The notes beneath the pieces were generated by a model. That model ran no database searches. It was not told the origin of the DNA and worked only from the letters and a program-made list of their open reading frames with translations. Source: the human T2T-CHM13v2.0 reference genome, Homo sapiens. From it: 64,000 nt of DNA. How positions within the stretch are numbered: the first letter of the stretch is position 1; each line of letters starts with the position of its first letter. The stretch lies in NCBI RefSeq assembly GCF_009914755.1, contig NC_060928.1. The stretch is one strand, 5' to 3'. Below are positions 27,290 through 41,306 of this stretch, one piece after another. Made by a program: the position numbers and the translations under genes.

Positions 27290-28890
27290 TCTTTTCTTTT
27301 TTTCATTCTACAAATGATTCCTGCACATCGACTGCATTCAAGGGGATGCAACGTTGACAAGACAGACAAGGTCCTTGCCCTCCTGGGATGACTTCTAAGG
27401 GGGCAGGTAGACCATAACAAGTCAAAACATGAATAAGTTACATTTACATAATAGCGCTATAGTTACTTTGAAATTACTGGTGCTATAAAGAAATTAAGAC
27501 AGTTATTAACACAGGGATTTTTATGGGGAAAGAATTTGCTTCAAATCACATAGTGAAGTCCTCCCCGAAGAGGAGCTGTTTGAGCTGGTTCTTCAATAAT
27601 AGTAAGAAGCCACAGAAAGACCTGGGGAGGGGAATTCCAGCAGCCAGAAGGGCAAGTGCCAAAGACTGGAGATGGGAAGAATTTAGAGGAAAAAGACCCC
27701 AACAGGTGGAGAGTAGGGACTGAGTGGGAAGGGTGGTATGTGATGAAGCTGGGGAAGGAGGCAGTGACCAGGATATACAAGCCCTTCTAAGTCGTGTGTG
27801 TAAGTCCATTTTGTAAGTGACAGAGACTGAATGGCTGATTATATTAGAAAAGTAATTTGTTGAAAGGAGCTTAGGTGTCCCTCAGGATTGCCAGGGAAAG
27901 ATATGGAAAAGAGATCAGATCACAGGCAGTAGCTGGGCACTTGCAACACCAGTGTTGTACTACCACCCTTGTCATCACTAGACAGCAGCCTTGTTGCCTC
28001 TTCCCAACACCTGGATGGAGTGGTGGGAAGATTAACATTCGAATGTTAATCTCATTCAAAAACACCTTTGCAGACACACCCAGGATAAATGATTAACCAA
28101 ATATCTGGGCACCCATGGCTCAGTCAAGTTGACATGTGAAATTAACCATCACAATGAGCAAGTGCAGCTAATTGGCTGAGTGGTCATGAGCCTATTCCTT
28201 CAGAATGTGAAAGCCTGGGAAAGTGAGTATATAAAGTATTCTTGAGTGAAAAGCAAAGTCCACCACCCAAAACTCAAAAGGTGGGGAATTTCCCAAGGGT
28301 AGAAAGTGGATTAGGATTCTGGATAACCTAGGAAATGACAAATGTCCACTTTAACTTAGCAAGAGTTATCTTTTTATTTAAGTGCAATGGGAATTCATTG
28401 GAGGACTTTAAACAGGAAGTGATATAATCAAACTTATATTTTTAAAAGGTCACCCTGGTTACAAGGTAGAGAGTAAATTATAAGGGGGCAAGAGTGAAGT
28501 CAGGACTGTCCTGCAAGAGATAATGTTGAGAGATGATGTTGACTTGACCAGCATGTCTGCAGTGAAGGGGGTAAGAAATGGTTAGATTCAGGTTTATTGG
28601 AGGTAAAGTGAACAAGACTTCCTGATGATTTAAATATAAGGGATTAGGGAATGGGGCTAATCAAGGGTGACTCTAGTTTTCCACTTAAAAGATTTGCTGG
28701 ATGGTGATGCAAGCTACTGGGATGGGATGGGGAGAAAGAGGAAGATGGGGTGAAAGAGGAAGGGAAAAATCAAGAGTTCACTATTGACATGTTAATTTTG
28801 ACATGGATGAGGTTCCTATTAGTTATCGAAGTAGTGATATAAAGTACATATATAGATGTTATAGGCTTGACTCGGGAGAGAAGTCAAGGT
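27290..28890 (-). mobile_element. L2 fragments interrupted by MLT1/MLT2 LTR pieces
   Basis: L2 motifs at 27290-27830 and 28350-28890; MLT2 terminus CAAGTTGACATGTGAAATTAACCATCACA ending at ~28153. Confidence 0.65.
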
Positions 28891-29032
28891 CAGAGATAGA
28901 AAATGGCAGGATGGGCTTTAGAGCCAGACAGCTTTGCTTTGACTTTTGCTTCTGCAAATTACTAGCTGCATAAACTGGAGCAAGTTGCATAATGTCTTTG
29001 AGTTACAGTGTCCTCAACTGTAAAACAGGAGC

Positions 29033-29461
29033 ATATTAGTTTTATCAGGCTACTGTAACAAAGTACCACAAATTAGGTAGCTTAAAACAAAAGAAATGTA
29101 TGTTCTCACAGATCCGGGGGCCAGAAGTCCAAAATCAAGTTGTCAGCAAGGCCAGCCACCCTCTGAAGATTCTAGAGAAAAACTCCTTCCTGGCAATCAT
29201 TGGCATTTCTTGGCCTGACGCTCCAGTCTCTGATTCTGACATCAAAGGACATTCTCTTCTCCCTTTTCTGTTTGTTTTTGTGTGTCTGTGTTCAGTCTCC
29301 TTTCTTTTATAAATATACTAGTCACTGGGTTAGGGGCAACCCCAATTCAGTATGACCTACCTCACCTTAACTTCATTACAGCTGCAAAGATCCTATTTTC
29401 CAAATAAGGTCACGTTCAGGACTTCAACATATCTTTGGTGGGACACAATTCAACCCACAAG
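29033..29461 (-). mobile_element. MLT1B/C-type solo LTR inserted in a MIR
   Basis: TATTAGTTTT...GTAACAAAGTACCACAAA start and GGACACAATTCAACCCACAA end. Confidence 0.8.
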
Positions 29462-29527
29462 AAGGGATATCTATTTTAAGTGCCTGCTACCGAGTTAATT
29501 GCTCAATAAATGCGTGCGCTTATTCTT

Positions 29528-29910
29528 AAAAAATTTTTTTTTGTTTCCATAGGTTATTGAGGAACAGGTAGTATTTGGTTACATGAGTAAGTTCCTTCGT
29601 GGTGATTTGTGAGATTTAGAGCAGACATCACCAGAGCAGTATGCACTGCACCCTATTTGTAGTCTTTTATCTCTCACCCCCTTCCCACCCTTTTCTTCTG
29701 AGTCCCCAAAGGCCATTCTTATGCCTTTGCATCCTCATAGCTTAGCTCCCACTTATGACTGAGAACATACAATGTTTGGTTTTCCTTTTCTCAGTTGCTT
29801 CACTTAGAATAATAGTCTCCAATCTCATCCAGGTCGCTGAAAATGCCATTAATTTATTCCTTTTAATGGCTGAGTGGTATTCCATCATATATATATATAT
29901 TTTATATATA

Positions 29911-29949
<39 letters not shown>

Positions 29950-32900
29950 CATATGTATATAACTGTGGGCATTTGGGTTGGTTCCATGTTTTCACAATTA
30001 TAAATTTTGCTGCTTTCGTATAATGACTTCTTTCCCTCTGGGTAGATACCAGTAGTGGAATTGCTGGATCAAATGATAGTTCTACTTTTAGTTCTTTAAG
30101 TAATCTCTACACTATTTTCCATAGCAGTTGTACTAGTTTACATTCCCACCAGCAGTGTAGAAGTATTCCCTCTTCACCACATCCACGCAAACATCTACTA
30201 TTTTTTTATTATGGCCATTCTTGCAGGAGTAAGGTGGTATCGCTTTGTGGTTTTGATTTGCATTTGCCTGATCATTAGTGACGTTGAGCATTTTTTCATA
30301 TGTTTGTTGGCCATTTGTATATCTTCTTTTGAGAATTGTCTATTCATGCCCTTAGCCCACTTTTTGATAGGATTGTTAGTTTTTTTTCTTGTGGATTTTT
30401 TTTTATTTCATGTAGACTCTGGATATTAGTCCTTTGTCAGATGTATAGATTGTGAAGATTTTCTCCCACTCTGTGGGTTGTCTGTTTACTCTGCTGATTG
30501 TTCCTTTTGCCATGGAAAAGCTGTTAAGTTTAATTAAGTTCCAGCAATTTATCTTTGTTTTTATTTCATTTGCTTTTGGGTTCTTGGTCACGAATCCTTG
30601 CCTAAGCCAATGTCTAGAAGGATTTTTCCAATGTTATCTTTTAGAATTTTTATAGTTTCAGGTCTTAGATTTAAGGCCTTAATCCATTTCGAGTTGATTT
30701 TTGTATAAGGCGAGAGATGAGGATCCAGTTTCACTCTCCTACATGTGGCTAGCCGATTATCCCAGCACCATTTGTTGACTAGGGTGTTCTTTCCCCACTT
30801 TATGTTTTTGTTTGCTTTGTTGAAGATTAGTTGGCTGTAAGTATTTGGGCTTATTTCTGGGTTCTCTATTCTCTTCCATTGGTCTATGTGCCTATTTTTA
30901 TACCAGTACCATGCTGTTTTGGTGACTATGGCCTTATAGTATAGTTTGAAGTCAGGTAATGTGATGCCTCCAGATTTGCTCTTTTTTCTTAGTGTTGCTT
31001 TGGCTGTAAGGGCTCTTTTTTGGTTCCATATGAATTTTAGAACTGTTTTTCCCAATACGTGAAGAATGATGGTGGTATTTTGATGGGAATTGTGTTGAAT
31101 TTATAGACTGCTTTAGGCAGTATGGTCATTTTCGCAGTATTGATTCTACTCATCCATAAGCCTGGTATGTATTCCATTTGTTTGTGTCATCTATGATTTC
31201 TTTCAGCAGTGTTTTGTAGTTTTCCTTGTAGAGCTCTTTCACCTCCTTGGTTAGGTATATTCCTAAGTATTTTATGGTTTTTTTTTGTTTTTTTTTTTTT
31301 GTAGCTACTGTAAAAGGGGTTGAGTTCTTGATTTGATTCTCCACTTTGTTGCTGTTAGTGTATAGAAGAGCTACTGATTTGTGTACATTAATTTAGTATC
31401 CAGAAATTTTGCTGTATTCTTTTATCATAGGCTCTAGGAGCTTTCTGGAGGAGTCTTTAGGGTTTTCTAGGTAAATGATCATATCATCAGCAAACAACAA
31501 CAGTCTGACTTCCTCTTTACTGATTTGGATGCCCTTTATTTCTTTCTCTTGTCTGATTGCTTTGGCTAGGACTTCCAGTATCACGTTGAAGAGGAGTGGT
31601 GAGAGTGGGCATCCTTGTCTTGTTCCAGTTCTCAGAGAGAATGCTTTCAACTTTTCCCCATTCAGTATTATGTTGGCTCTGGGATTGTCCTAGATGGTTT
31701 TTATTATATTGAGATATGTCCCTTGTATGCCAATTTTGGTGATAGTTTTAATCATCATAAAGTGATGCAGGATTTTTGTCAAATGCTTTTCTGCACCTAT
31801 TGAGATGATCATGTGATTTTTGTTTTAAATTCTGTTTATGTGGTGTATCACATTTATTGACTTGCATATGTTAAATCATCCCTGCATCCCTGGTGTGCAA
31901 CCTTCTTCATCATGGTGAATTATCTTTTTGATATGTTGTTGGTCAGTTAGCTAGTATTTTGTTAAGAATTTTAGCATCTCTTTTCATCAGGGATATTGGT
32001 CTGTAGTTTTCTTTTTTGGTTATACCCTTTTCTGGTTTGGATATTAGGGTGATACTGGCTTCATAGAATGATTTAGGGAGAGTTCCCTGTTTCTCTATCT
32101 TGTGGAATAGTGTCAATGGGATTGGTGCCATTTCTTCTTTGACTGTCTGGTAGAATTCTGCTGTGAATTCATCTGGTCCTGGACTTTTTTTTTGTTGGTA
32201 ATTTTTAAATTACCATTTCAATCTCACTGCTTGTATTGATCTGTTCAGGGTATCTAATTCTTCCTGATTTAAGCTAGGAGTGTTGTATCTTTCCAGGAAT
32301 TTATCCATCTCTTCTAGGTTTTCTAGCTTATGTGGGTAAAGGTGTTCATAGTAGCCTTGAGTGATCTTTTGTATTTCAGTGGTGTCAGTTGTAATATTTC
32401 CTGTTTTGTTTCTTATGGAGCTTATTAGGATTTTCTCTCTTCTTTTCTTGGTTAATCTTGCTAATGGTCTGTCAGTTTTATTTATCTTTTCAAAGAATCA
32501 GCTTTTTATTTCACTTATGTTTTGTATTTTTTTTTGTTTGTTTCAATTTCATTTAGTTCTGCTCTGACCTTGGTTACTTCCTTTTTTCTGCTGTGTTTGC
32601 ATTTGATTTGTTCTTGTTTCTCTAGTTCCTTCAGGTGTGACCTTAGATTGTCTGTTTGTGCTCTTTCAGACTTTTTGATGTAGGCATTTAGGGCTGTGGG
32701 CTTTTCTGTTAACATGCCTTTTCTGTGTCCCAGAGGTTTTGATATATTGTGTCACTATTGTTGAATTTTAGAATTTCTATCTTGATTTCATTGTTGACCC
32801 AATGATCATTCAGGAGCAGGTTATTTAATTTCCATGTATTTGCATAGCTTTGGAGGTTCCTTTTGGAGTTGATTTCCAGTTTTATTCCACTGTGGTCTGA

Positions 32901-35731
32901 AAGAGTACTTGTTATAATTTCAATTTTCTTAAATTTATTGAGGCTCATTTTGTGGTCTATCATATGGTCTATCTTGGAGAATCTTCCATGTGCTATTGAA
33001 TAGAATGTATATCCTGCAGTTGTTGGATGGAATGTTCCGTATATATCTGTTAAGTCCATTTGTTCCAGGGTATAGTTTAAATCCATTGTTTCTTTGTTGA
33101 CTTTCTGTCTTGATGACCTGTCGAGTGCTGTCAGTGGAGTATTAAAGTCCATTTCTTAGGTCTGTTAGTAATTGCTTTATAAACTTAGGAGCTCCAGTGT
33201 TAGGTGCATTTATGTTTAGGATTGCGATATTTTCCTGTTGCACAAGGCCTTTTATCATTATATAATGTCCCTCTTTGTATTTTTTAACTGCTGTTGCTTT
33301 AAAGTATGTTTTGTCTGATATAAGAATAGCCACTCCTGATCGCTTTTGGTTTCCATTTGCATGAAATGCCTTTTTCCACCCCTTTACCTTAAGTTTGTGG
33401 GAGTCCTTATGTGTTAGGTGAGTCTATTGAAGACAGCAGATGGTTGGTTGGTGCGTTCTTATCCATTCTGCAATTCTGTATCTTTTAAGTGGAGCGTTTA
33501 GGCAATTCACATTCAATGTTAGAGATGTGAGGTACCATTCCATTCATCATTATATTTATTGCCTGTATACCTTGGTTTTCTGTTTTTTGTTATTGTTTTT
33601 TAAATTGTATTTTTGTTTTATAGGTTTTGTGAGATTTATGCTTTAACGAGGTTATGTTTTGATGTGTTTCCAGGATTTGTTTCAAGATTTAGAGCTCCTT
33701 CTAGCAGTTCTTATAGTGGTTACTTGGTAGTGGCTTCTTTCAGCATGTGTTTGTCTGAAAAAGACTGTATCTTTCCTTTACATATGAAGCTTAGTTTTGC
33801 TGGATACAAAATTCTTGGCTGATAATTGTTTGATTTGAGGAGGCTGAAGATAGGGCCCCAATCCCTTCTAGCTTGTAGGGTTTCTGCTGAGAAATCTGCT
33901 GTTAACCTGATAGGTTTTCCTTTATATAGGTTACCTGGTGCTGTTGTCTCACAGCTTTGAAGATTCTTTCTTTCGTCTTAACTTTAGATAACCCAATGAC
34001 AATGTGCCTAGGGGATGATCTTTTGGCAGTGAATTTCCCAAATGTTCTTTGTGCTTCTTGTATTTGAATGTCAAGGTCTCTAGCAAGGCTGGAGAAGTTT
34101 TCTTCAATTATTCCCCCAGATATGTTTTCTAAACTTTTAGATTTCTCTTCTTCCTCAGGAACACCAATTATTCTTAGGTTTGGCCATTTAACATAATCCC
34201 AGACTTCTTGGAGGCTTTGTTCATATCTTCTTATTCTTTTTTTCTTTGTCTTTGTTAGATTGGGTTAATTTGAAGACTTTACCTTCGAGCTCTGCATTTC
34301 TTTCTTCTCCCTATTCAATTCTATTGCTGAGATCTTCCAGAGCATTTTGCATTTCTATAAGTGTGTCCATTGTTTCCTGAAGTTTTGGTTGTTTTTTTAT
34401 TTATGGTATCTACTTCCTTGAATATTTCTCCCTTTACTTCTTGTATCATTTTTTAAATTTCCTTACATTGGGCTTCACACTTCTCTGGTGCCTCCCTGAT
34501 TGATTAGCTTAATTAGTAACCTCCTGAATTCTTTTTGTTTTTTCAGATGTAGTTTCGCTCTTCTTGCCCAACCTGGAGTGCAATTCTGTGATCTCAGCTT
34601 GCTGAAACCTCCACCTCCTGGGTTCAAGTGATTCTCTTGCCTCAGCCTCCCGAGTAGCTGGGATTACAGGCGCGTGCCACCACGCTCGGCTAATTTTTGG
34701 TATTTGTGGTAGAAACAGGGTTTCACCGTGTTAGCTAGGCTGGTCTTGAACCCTTGACCTAAGGTGATCCACCCACCTCAGCCTCCCAAAGTGCTGGGAT
34801 TACAGGCATGAACCACTGCACCTGGCCTAACCTCCTGAATTCTTTTTCAAGTAAATCAGGGATTTCTTCTTGATTTGAATCCATTGTTGTTGAGCTAGTG
34901 TGGTTTTTTTGGTGGTGTTAAAGAACCTTGTTTTGTCATATTACCAGAATTGGTTTTCTGGTTTCTTCTCATTTGGGTAGGCTCTGTCAGAGGGAAGATC
35001 TTGGACTGAAGGCTGTTGTTCAGATTTTTTTGTCTTACAGGGTATTCCCTTGATGTAGTATTCTCCCCCTTTTCCTACGGATGTGGCCTCCCAAGAGCTG
35101 AGCTGTAGTGATTGTTATCTCTCTTCTGGATCTACCCACCCAGCAAGTCTACCAGGCTCTGGGCTGGTACTGGGGCTTGTCTGCACAGAATCCTGTGATG
35201 TGAACCGTCTGTGGGTATCTCAGCCATGGATACCAGTAACTGTTCTGGTGGAGGTGGCAGGGGGCTTGAAATGGACTCTGTTAGGGTTCTTAGCTTTGGT
35301 GGTTTAATGCATTATTTCTGTGCTGGTTGGCCTCCTGCCAGGTGGTGGCACTTTCCAGAGAATATCAGCTGTGGTAGTATGGGCAGGAACAGGTGGGGGG
35401 GCAGGGCCTAGAAATCCCAAGAGTATATGCCCTTTGTCTTCAGTTACCAGGGTGGGTAGGGAGGGACTAGTGGGTGGGGGCAGGGCTAGGCGTGTCTGAG
35501 CTCAGACTCTCCTTGGGCAGGTCTTGTCGCAGCTGAGTATTTGGGGTGTCTCCAGGGTCCTGCAGGAGCAATCCACTTCCTTCAGGTGGTCTGTGGGTCC
35601 TCTCAGGTTTCCCGATTTATTCCTGCAGTCCTTCCGGAGCAAAAATTCATAATGCAAGCCTCCACACGCTGCTCTGTCCGTCGGAGTGGGAGCTGCAATC
35701 TAGTCCTGCCTCCCAACTGCCATGATCCCCT
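29528..35731 (-). mobile_element. Full-length, inactivated L1PB (L1PB1-like 3' end)
   Basis: ORF2 endonuclease and RT remnants ([36 protein letters not shown]) and a G-rich 5' UTR. 15-bp TSD cgtgcgcttattctt (29513-29527) / cgtgcacttactctt (35732-35746). Confidence 0.92.
34532..34827 (-). mobile_element. AluS (Sq/Sp-like) inside the L1
   Basis: Dimeric Alu with a perfect TSD taacctcctgaattcttttt at 34517 and 34828. Confidence 0.92.
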
Positions 35732-36562
35732 CGTGCACTTACTCTTTTTGTCCTTTTTGGTATGGATTCCACAGGAAGCTGTTATGATAAGATTGTGCTG
35801 AATATATTAGTAGAGGGCAACAACAACAATAAATAAAATACATGCTTCCTTAGCATGGTAATTCTGGATCATTAAGAGTTAGGAAGACAGAACTCTCAGA
35901 GCTTTATTGTCTTTGTATACAGTGGTCATTTGGAGTCTATTGAATTGTATTAGAATTCAGTCAATAAGCATTCATAAAATAAACATTGTTTGAATTATAG
36001 TGTTTTTATTTGCCTTTTTATGTTCCCTTTAGGAGTTCAGGTAGCATATATTTTCACTACCTTCACTGCCTAAAACAGGGCCTGGCACATAGTAGGTGTT
36101 CAGTGATTGAACTGACAAATCATAAGAAAAACTATGCAAGCGTCACTGGCTTTATCTCTCCTCGAACTTAAGGAATATTACAAATGACTTGCAAATCTAT
36201 GCTAATTCCATATGACAGGAGTCTGACAGGGTTGCTGGGGACATCCTTCTCATTAAATCTATCTATATGGCTGGGATTGGAGTACTTCTCAGTAACTAGG
36301 TAGAATGGTCTGTGCAGGCTTTTCATTCATTTATTCAATTTATCTGTAACACTTGCAAACTCAAAAACCATGTCAACTAGTCTCAGTGCAGTGAAGTTGT
36401 CCAATAAACCAGTGCAGTTTTTTAAAGTAATTTATTTGAAAATAACTTTCAACTTAGAGAAAATTTGCAAGAATAGGAATAGTACATAAAACACAACTAA
36501 GAGCCTTTACCCAGATTCACCTGTTTTTAATATTTGCCTTGTTTGCTTTCTATTTGTGCTTT

Positions 36563-36730
36563 CTCTCTCTCTATATATATATACATATGTGTATATATAT
36601 ATATATACACACATATGTGTATATATATATATATACACATATGTGTATATATATATATACCCACAAATACACATGTACATATATATATACCCACACATAC
36701 ACATATATACATGTATGTATATAATATATT
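36563..36730. repeat. Compound (TC)/(TA)/(CA) microsatellite
   Basis: Directly visible, with CATATGTGTATATA units. Confidence 0.95.
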
Positions 36731-39066
36731 TTTCTAAAGCTTTTGAGAGTAAGTTGCATTCCTCCTGGTTCTTTATGCCTAAATATTTTAGTGTACATGT
36801 CATAAAAATACTACTCTGTTGTCCATTTAGGTAAATCCATCCAATAATACCTTTTATAATTTTATTCCTATGTGCAGGATCAAGCATGACATTTAGCTGC
36901 TATGTCTCTTTAGTCATCTTTGATCCAGAATGTTTCCACAGCCTTGCATGGCATAGACATTTTTAAAGAATATGATTGTCTTTCCCTTCTTTAGATTTTT
37001 TTCCTCATTTTTGGTTTGAGTGATGTTTCCCATGGTTAAATTCAGATTTTGATTTTAGACTGGACTGTTACATAACCAAAGTGATCTTCTCAAGACACAC
37101 TTCTGAAGGCATAGGATGGCCATCTCTCCCACATTGGCAAAGCAATTTTTTAATAAACATTTTAATTGAAGCATAGTATATACACAGAAAATTGCACAAA
37201 TAATAAATTGACAGCTCTGTTAGTTATCACAAAGTGATCACACTCATCAACTTATCAGCTCAACTGTCCTTATTAGTAGAGTTTTTTTAATAAGTCTGGA
37301 TGTACGGTAAGGTAAGTTCTCTATATTTGAACTTCTTCAAAATTTTTTGGGGGGCTATTCTTGACCCTTTGTATTTCATATAAAATTAAAAATTGCCTCA
37401 TTAATTTTTAACAAAATTGCCTGCTGGGATTTTGATTGGCATCACATTAAATCTGTAGATCACTTTGATGAGAATTGACATCTTTATAATATTAATCTGA
37501 TTCATGAAAACTGGCCTAGCCTTCAATTGATTTAGGATTTTAAAATTTTTTTCAGGAACATTTTATACTTTTCAGCATATAGATCTTGAACAGCTTTTAT
37601 TAGATTTAGTCTTAGGTATTTGACTGTTTTGATGCTATGGTAAATTATATTTTAAAGGTTTTATTTGTTTGTTGTGGCTGGTGTATTGAAATATAAATTA
37701 TCTCTTGTTGCTCTTATACTCAGAAATCTTACAAATTAACTTATTATTTATAAAAATGTATATGTAGATTTCTTAGCTGTAGATACAAATCATGCCATCT
37801 GTAAATAAGGACAGCTTTATTTCTTGACTCTTAATCCATTTACCTTTCATTCTTTTTTACTACATTATTGCATTTTTTACATTATATTGGCTAGGACCTC
37901 TAGTATAATGTTCATCAGAAGTCATGATAGGGGCATCATTATCTTGTTCTTGATCTCCGTGTTCAGTAGAATTTTTGCGGATAGTCTTCACCAGATTAAG
38001 GGAGCACATTTCTATTTCTAGCTTGCTACAAATTTTTATCCTGTGTGGCTGTTAAATTTTGTAAAATGTTTTTTCTGTTTCTATTAAGATGATTATATGA
38101 TTTCTTTCCCCTTTGTTCTAGAAAAGTGGTAAATCACAGCTACTGATTCTCAAATGTTAAATCAACTTTGCATTCTTGGAATAAACCCAGCTTAGTCCTG
38201 ATGTATTTTCTTTCTTATATTCAATGTGCTAACACTCTTTTTGGAATTTTTGGAATTTTGCATCTCTGTGAGAGACTCTGGCCTGCATTGTAATGTGGTT
38301 GTTAGGATTTAGTGTCAAAGTATTATTGGTCTAATAAAATCAGTTGGGAAATGTTTCATTTTTTTCTTTTCTCAGGAAGAGTTTGTACAAGATTGATGTT
38401 TTTTCTTCCTTAAATAGCTTAAATATTTGGAAGAATTCACTGATGAAGCCATCTGGGTTTGAGTTTTCTTTGCAGGAAGGATTTTACTATAGGTTCAATT
38501 ACTATAACAGATACATGGCTGTTTAGATTTTCTTTTTATTCAAGGATACATTTTGGTAGGTTTTGATTTTTCTATTTGCTTTTTTCTTATTTTTTTACTT
38601 TATTGGCAAAAATTGTTCATGATATTCTTTTATTATATTTTCAAAGTCTGTAAGATATAGAATGACATTCACCTTTTTATTCTTGATATCGGTTATTTTA
38701 CTATTACTTCTTTTTCTTAATTAGGTTATCAAGAAGTTTATAACATTTTTTAGTCTTTTCAAAGAATAGCTTTGAATCCTTTGTATTGTACATGGCTTTT
38801 CTTTCATTAATTTATACTCTTATCTTTATTGTTTTCTTCCTTCTACTTTCTTTAGTTTTAATTTGCTCTTCTTTTTCTAATTAACCTTTTTATTCAATTT
38901 CTAAACATTTGAAGTTATTTTTATTATTGATCTCTAGCTTAATTCCTCAGTGGTCAGAGAATGTACTCCATATGATTTCAGTCCTCTGAAAATTTTGAGT
39001 TTTGCCCAGCATTTGGACTCTAAAGAAATGCTCCATATGCATTTGAAAAGTACATGTATTCTACAG

Positions 39067-39067
<1 letters not shown>

Positions 39068-39110
<43 letters not shown>
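39068..39110 (+). repeat. (TG)21 microsatellite
   Basis: Perfect 43-bp TG run. Confidence 0.97.
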
Positions 39111-39112
<2 letters not shown>

Positions 39113-39759
39113 GTCAATGTATCTATTTATACATTTATTTATATCTATTTATATTTATAAATTAGGTAAATGTTATTAGTAGTGTTGTTCGAGCCTCTTA
39201 TGTCTGTATTAATATTTTGTCTGCTTATTTTATCAATAAGAGGAATGTGTTAAAATCTCCCACTTTGTTCATGAATTTTCCTGTTTCCTCTTTTAGGTGG
39301 GTCAGATCTCGCTTTATGTATTTTGAGAATTTGCTTTTACTTCTGCAGGCAGTTATGGGGATTGGATCATCCTGACCCAATGAGCTGACTTGAAGCTGGA
39401 TCTTTGTAAGAGCTGGTCTGTTCCTATTCATCCTCCCTGCTTAATATTCCAAAATATAAGATTGTTCATACATGAACAATACTTCTTGCATATCTACTAT
39501 ATACTAGGTACTATAATAGGTGCTGAATCATCTGTGTTATTTTAAGGGTTATGAAGAGAAAACAACTGTCTCTGAGAAGGAATCACCACCACTAAGGTAC
39601 TTCCTATTTTGTCTCCTAATTTCTCAAGGTTTACCACTTGAATCCATCCTACAGTCTACTGCCAGACTAATTTCTCAGAAGCCACTTTTTTACTTCATCA
39701 CATATAAACTCAAAAACTTGCCTTTATTTTCTAGTACCTGAAGAATAGAAGTAGAATGG

Positions 39760-40700
39760 AAGTCTTTTTCTAGTCAGCTGGGAGGATATATGAGGTGCTA
39801 CCTTATATTTTACCAAGGGTCTTAATGACTTTCCTAGCCACATACTTGATCTGAATTTACCCTGAGGCCATTTTAACTGGTAGTGTCCTAGATTTGGTCT
39901 TTGCTTAAGAACATCTCTTAATTTAAGAACCTCTTTTCAGACTATAAAGACTGTTCTGAGCTTTCTATATTTCTTTAAATCCTGCGTGAGAATTAGACAG
40001 TTCTTTCTTTAGTTAATCTCTCTCTTCTTATATGTTATAGGCAGCTAGATAAAACAGACTGATACTTTTAACATTCTTTCTGGAAATTTCCTTAGCCATA
40101 ACTAGTAATTAATTAAATATCTTTTCTGTTTTCTCAGTAGCTGTGGGAGACAGTTTTGGCAAACTTTCTGTAATTACATAACAAGGGTTGCCTCTTCTCC
40201 AGGCTCCAATAACATTTCCTTCATGTCTGTCCAGTGTTTACTGAAAGTATTCTCAAGGCCTTCTTAGCTTCTACCTGTCATTTGGCCCCACTGCCACATA
40301 TTTTAGCTTTTTGTTATGGAAGCATCTTGCTGGCTGTAGCAATTTTTATTTTGATTTCTGTTGCTGCATAACAAACCACTCCACTAATCAGAGGCTTCAA
40401 ACAATAGCAATGTATTATTTCTCATGTTTCTGTGGTTGAATGGCATTTTTTTTCCTGCTTTTTTTCATGGAGTTCAGCTGTGTCTCTAGTCACGTTGGGG
40501 GTTTGATGGACTGGAATCTCCAAAACTGGCTCATTCACCTTTTTGGTACCTTGGTGAGAATGGCAGGAAGATTGGGCTCAGCTGGGATGCTGGAATAGCT
40601 GGGCCATTCTCCCACTCTCCATCTAGTCCCAGAGCTATTCCCTCTCCACATGGTCTTCCCAGCAGGGTAGCTGACTTCTTTCATCTGGCTCACGTGCAAA
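39760..40700 (-). mobile_element. MLT1 internal fragment plus MLT1 LTR
   Basis: LTR motif ttgctgcataacaaaccactcc...tattatttctcatg at ~40355, preceded by MLT-int-like sequence. Confidence 0.55.
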
Positions 40701-41306
40701 TGGCACTTTATTTGCCATGGCCCACAGATTCCCTATGAAGGCTTTTTTAGATCCCACTTCTCTTGGCCACCAGTGAAAGAAGCAACAGGCACACTGGAAA
40801 GAAAAATGCAGTCAGCTTTTCCAGCTTCTGCTTTGAGAATAATTCTATAGATATTTAAAGATTACTTGGGACATTCGTGGCTCCTCTCAGTTGCTGATAT
40901 TTGAGACATTTTCTAAAAGTATTTCCACCTTCCCAAAAGTGAGTGAACAAGGTTGAAAAGAGAAGAGAAATGGGAATCTGTTTAAATGAATTTGTTTGCA
41001 ACCCTAAGAAAAGGTTTGGCAAAGTGGATAAATTATAACTATTAACTAAATGATGCTTTGGTATTTTCTCTGCTTTAAAAATACCCTGTACTTATATAGG
41101 TCTTATTTTCTAACTGGCAAAGCAGTTTATCATTAGCTTTTTAACATCCCTAATAGGAGAGAGAAGGTATTTTCATCTTAATTCTGTAAGTCTGGTAGAA
41201 GAAGAAAAGCTAAATAACTTCCCTAACGTGATTGGGGTAGTAAAATCATTCATCTATCTAGTCATCAATTCATTTAAGAAAATCATCCATTTTTCCAATA
41301 CACTTC

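Larger units (their letters stand above)
36420..39330 (-). mobile_element. Old degenerate L1M (L1MC/ME-like) segments
   Basis: 3'-end-like tttatttgaaaataactttcaacttagagaaaatttgcaagaatag plus T-rich antisense ORF2-like sequence. Boundaries are approximate. Confidence 0.65.

Noticed and set aside
30403-33333. Reverse transcriptase and endonuclease ORFs as a novel or active system
   Set aside because: These are fragments of L1 ORF2 broken by many stops and frameshifts.
36563-36730. CRISPR-like or coding periodic repeat
   Set aside because: It is a simple microsatellite with no unique spacers, in a eukaryotic context.
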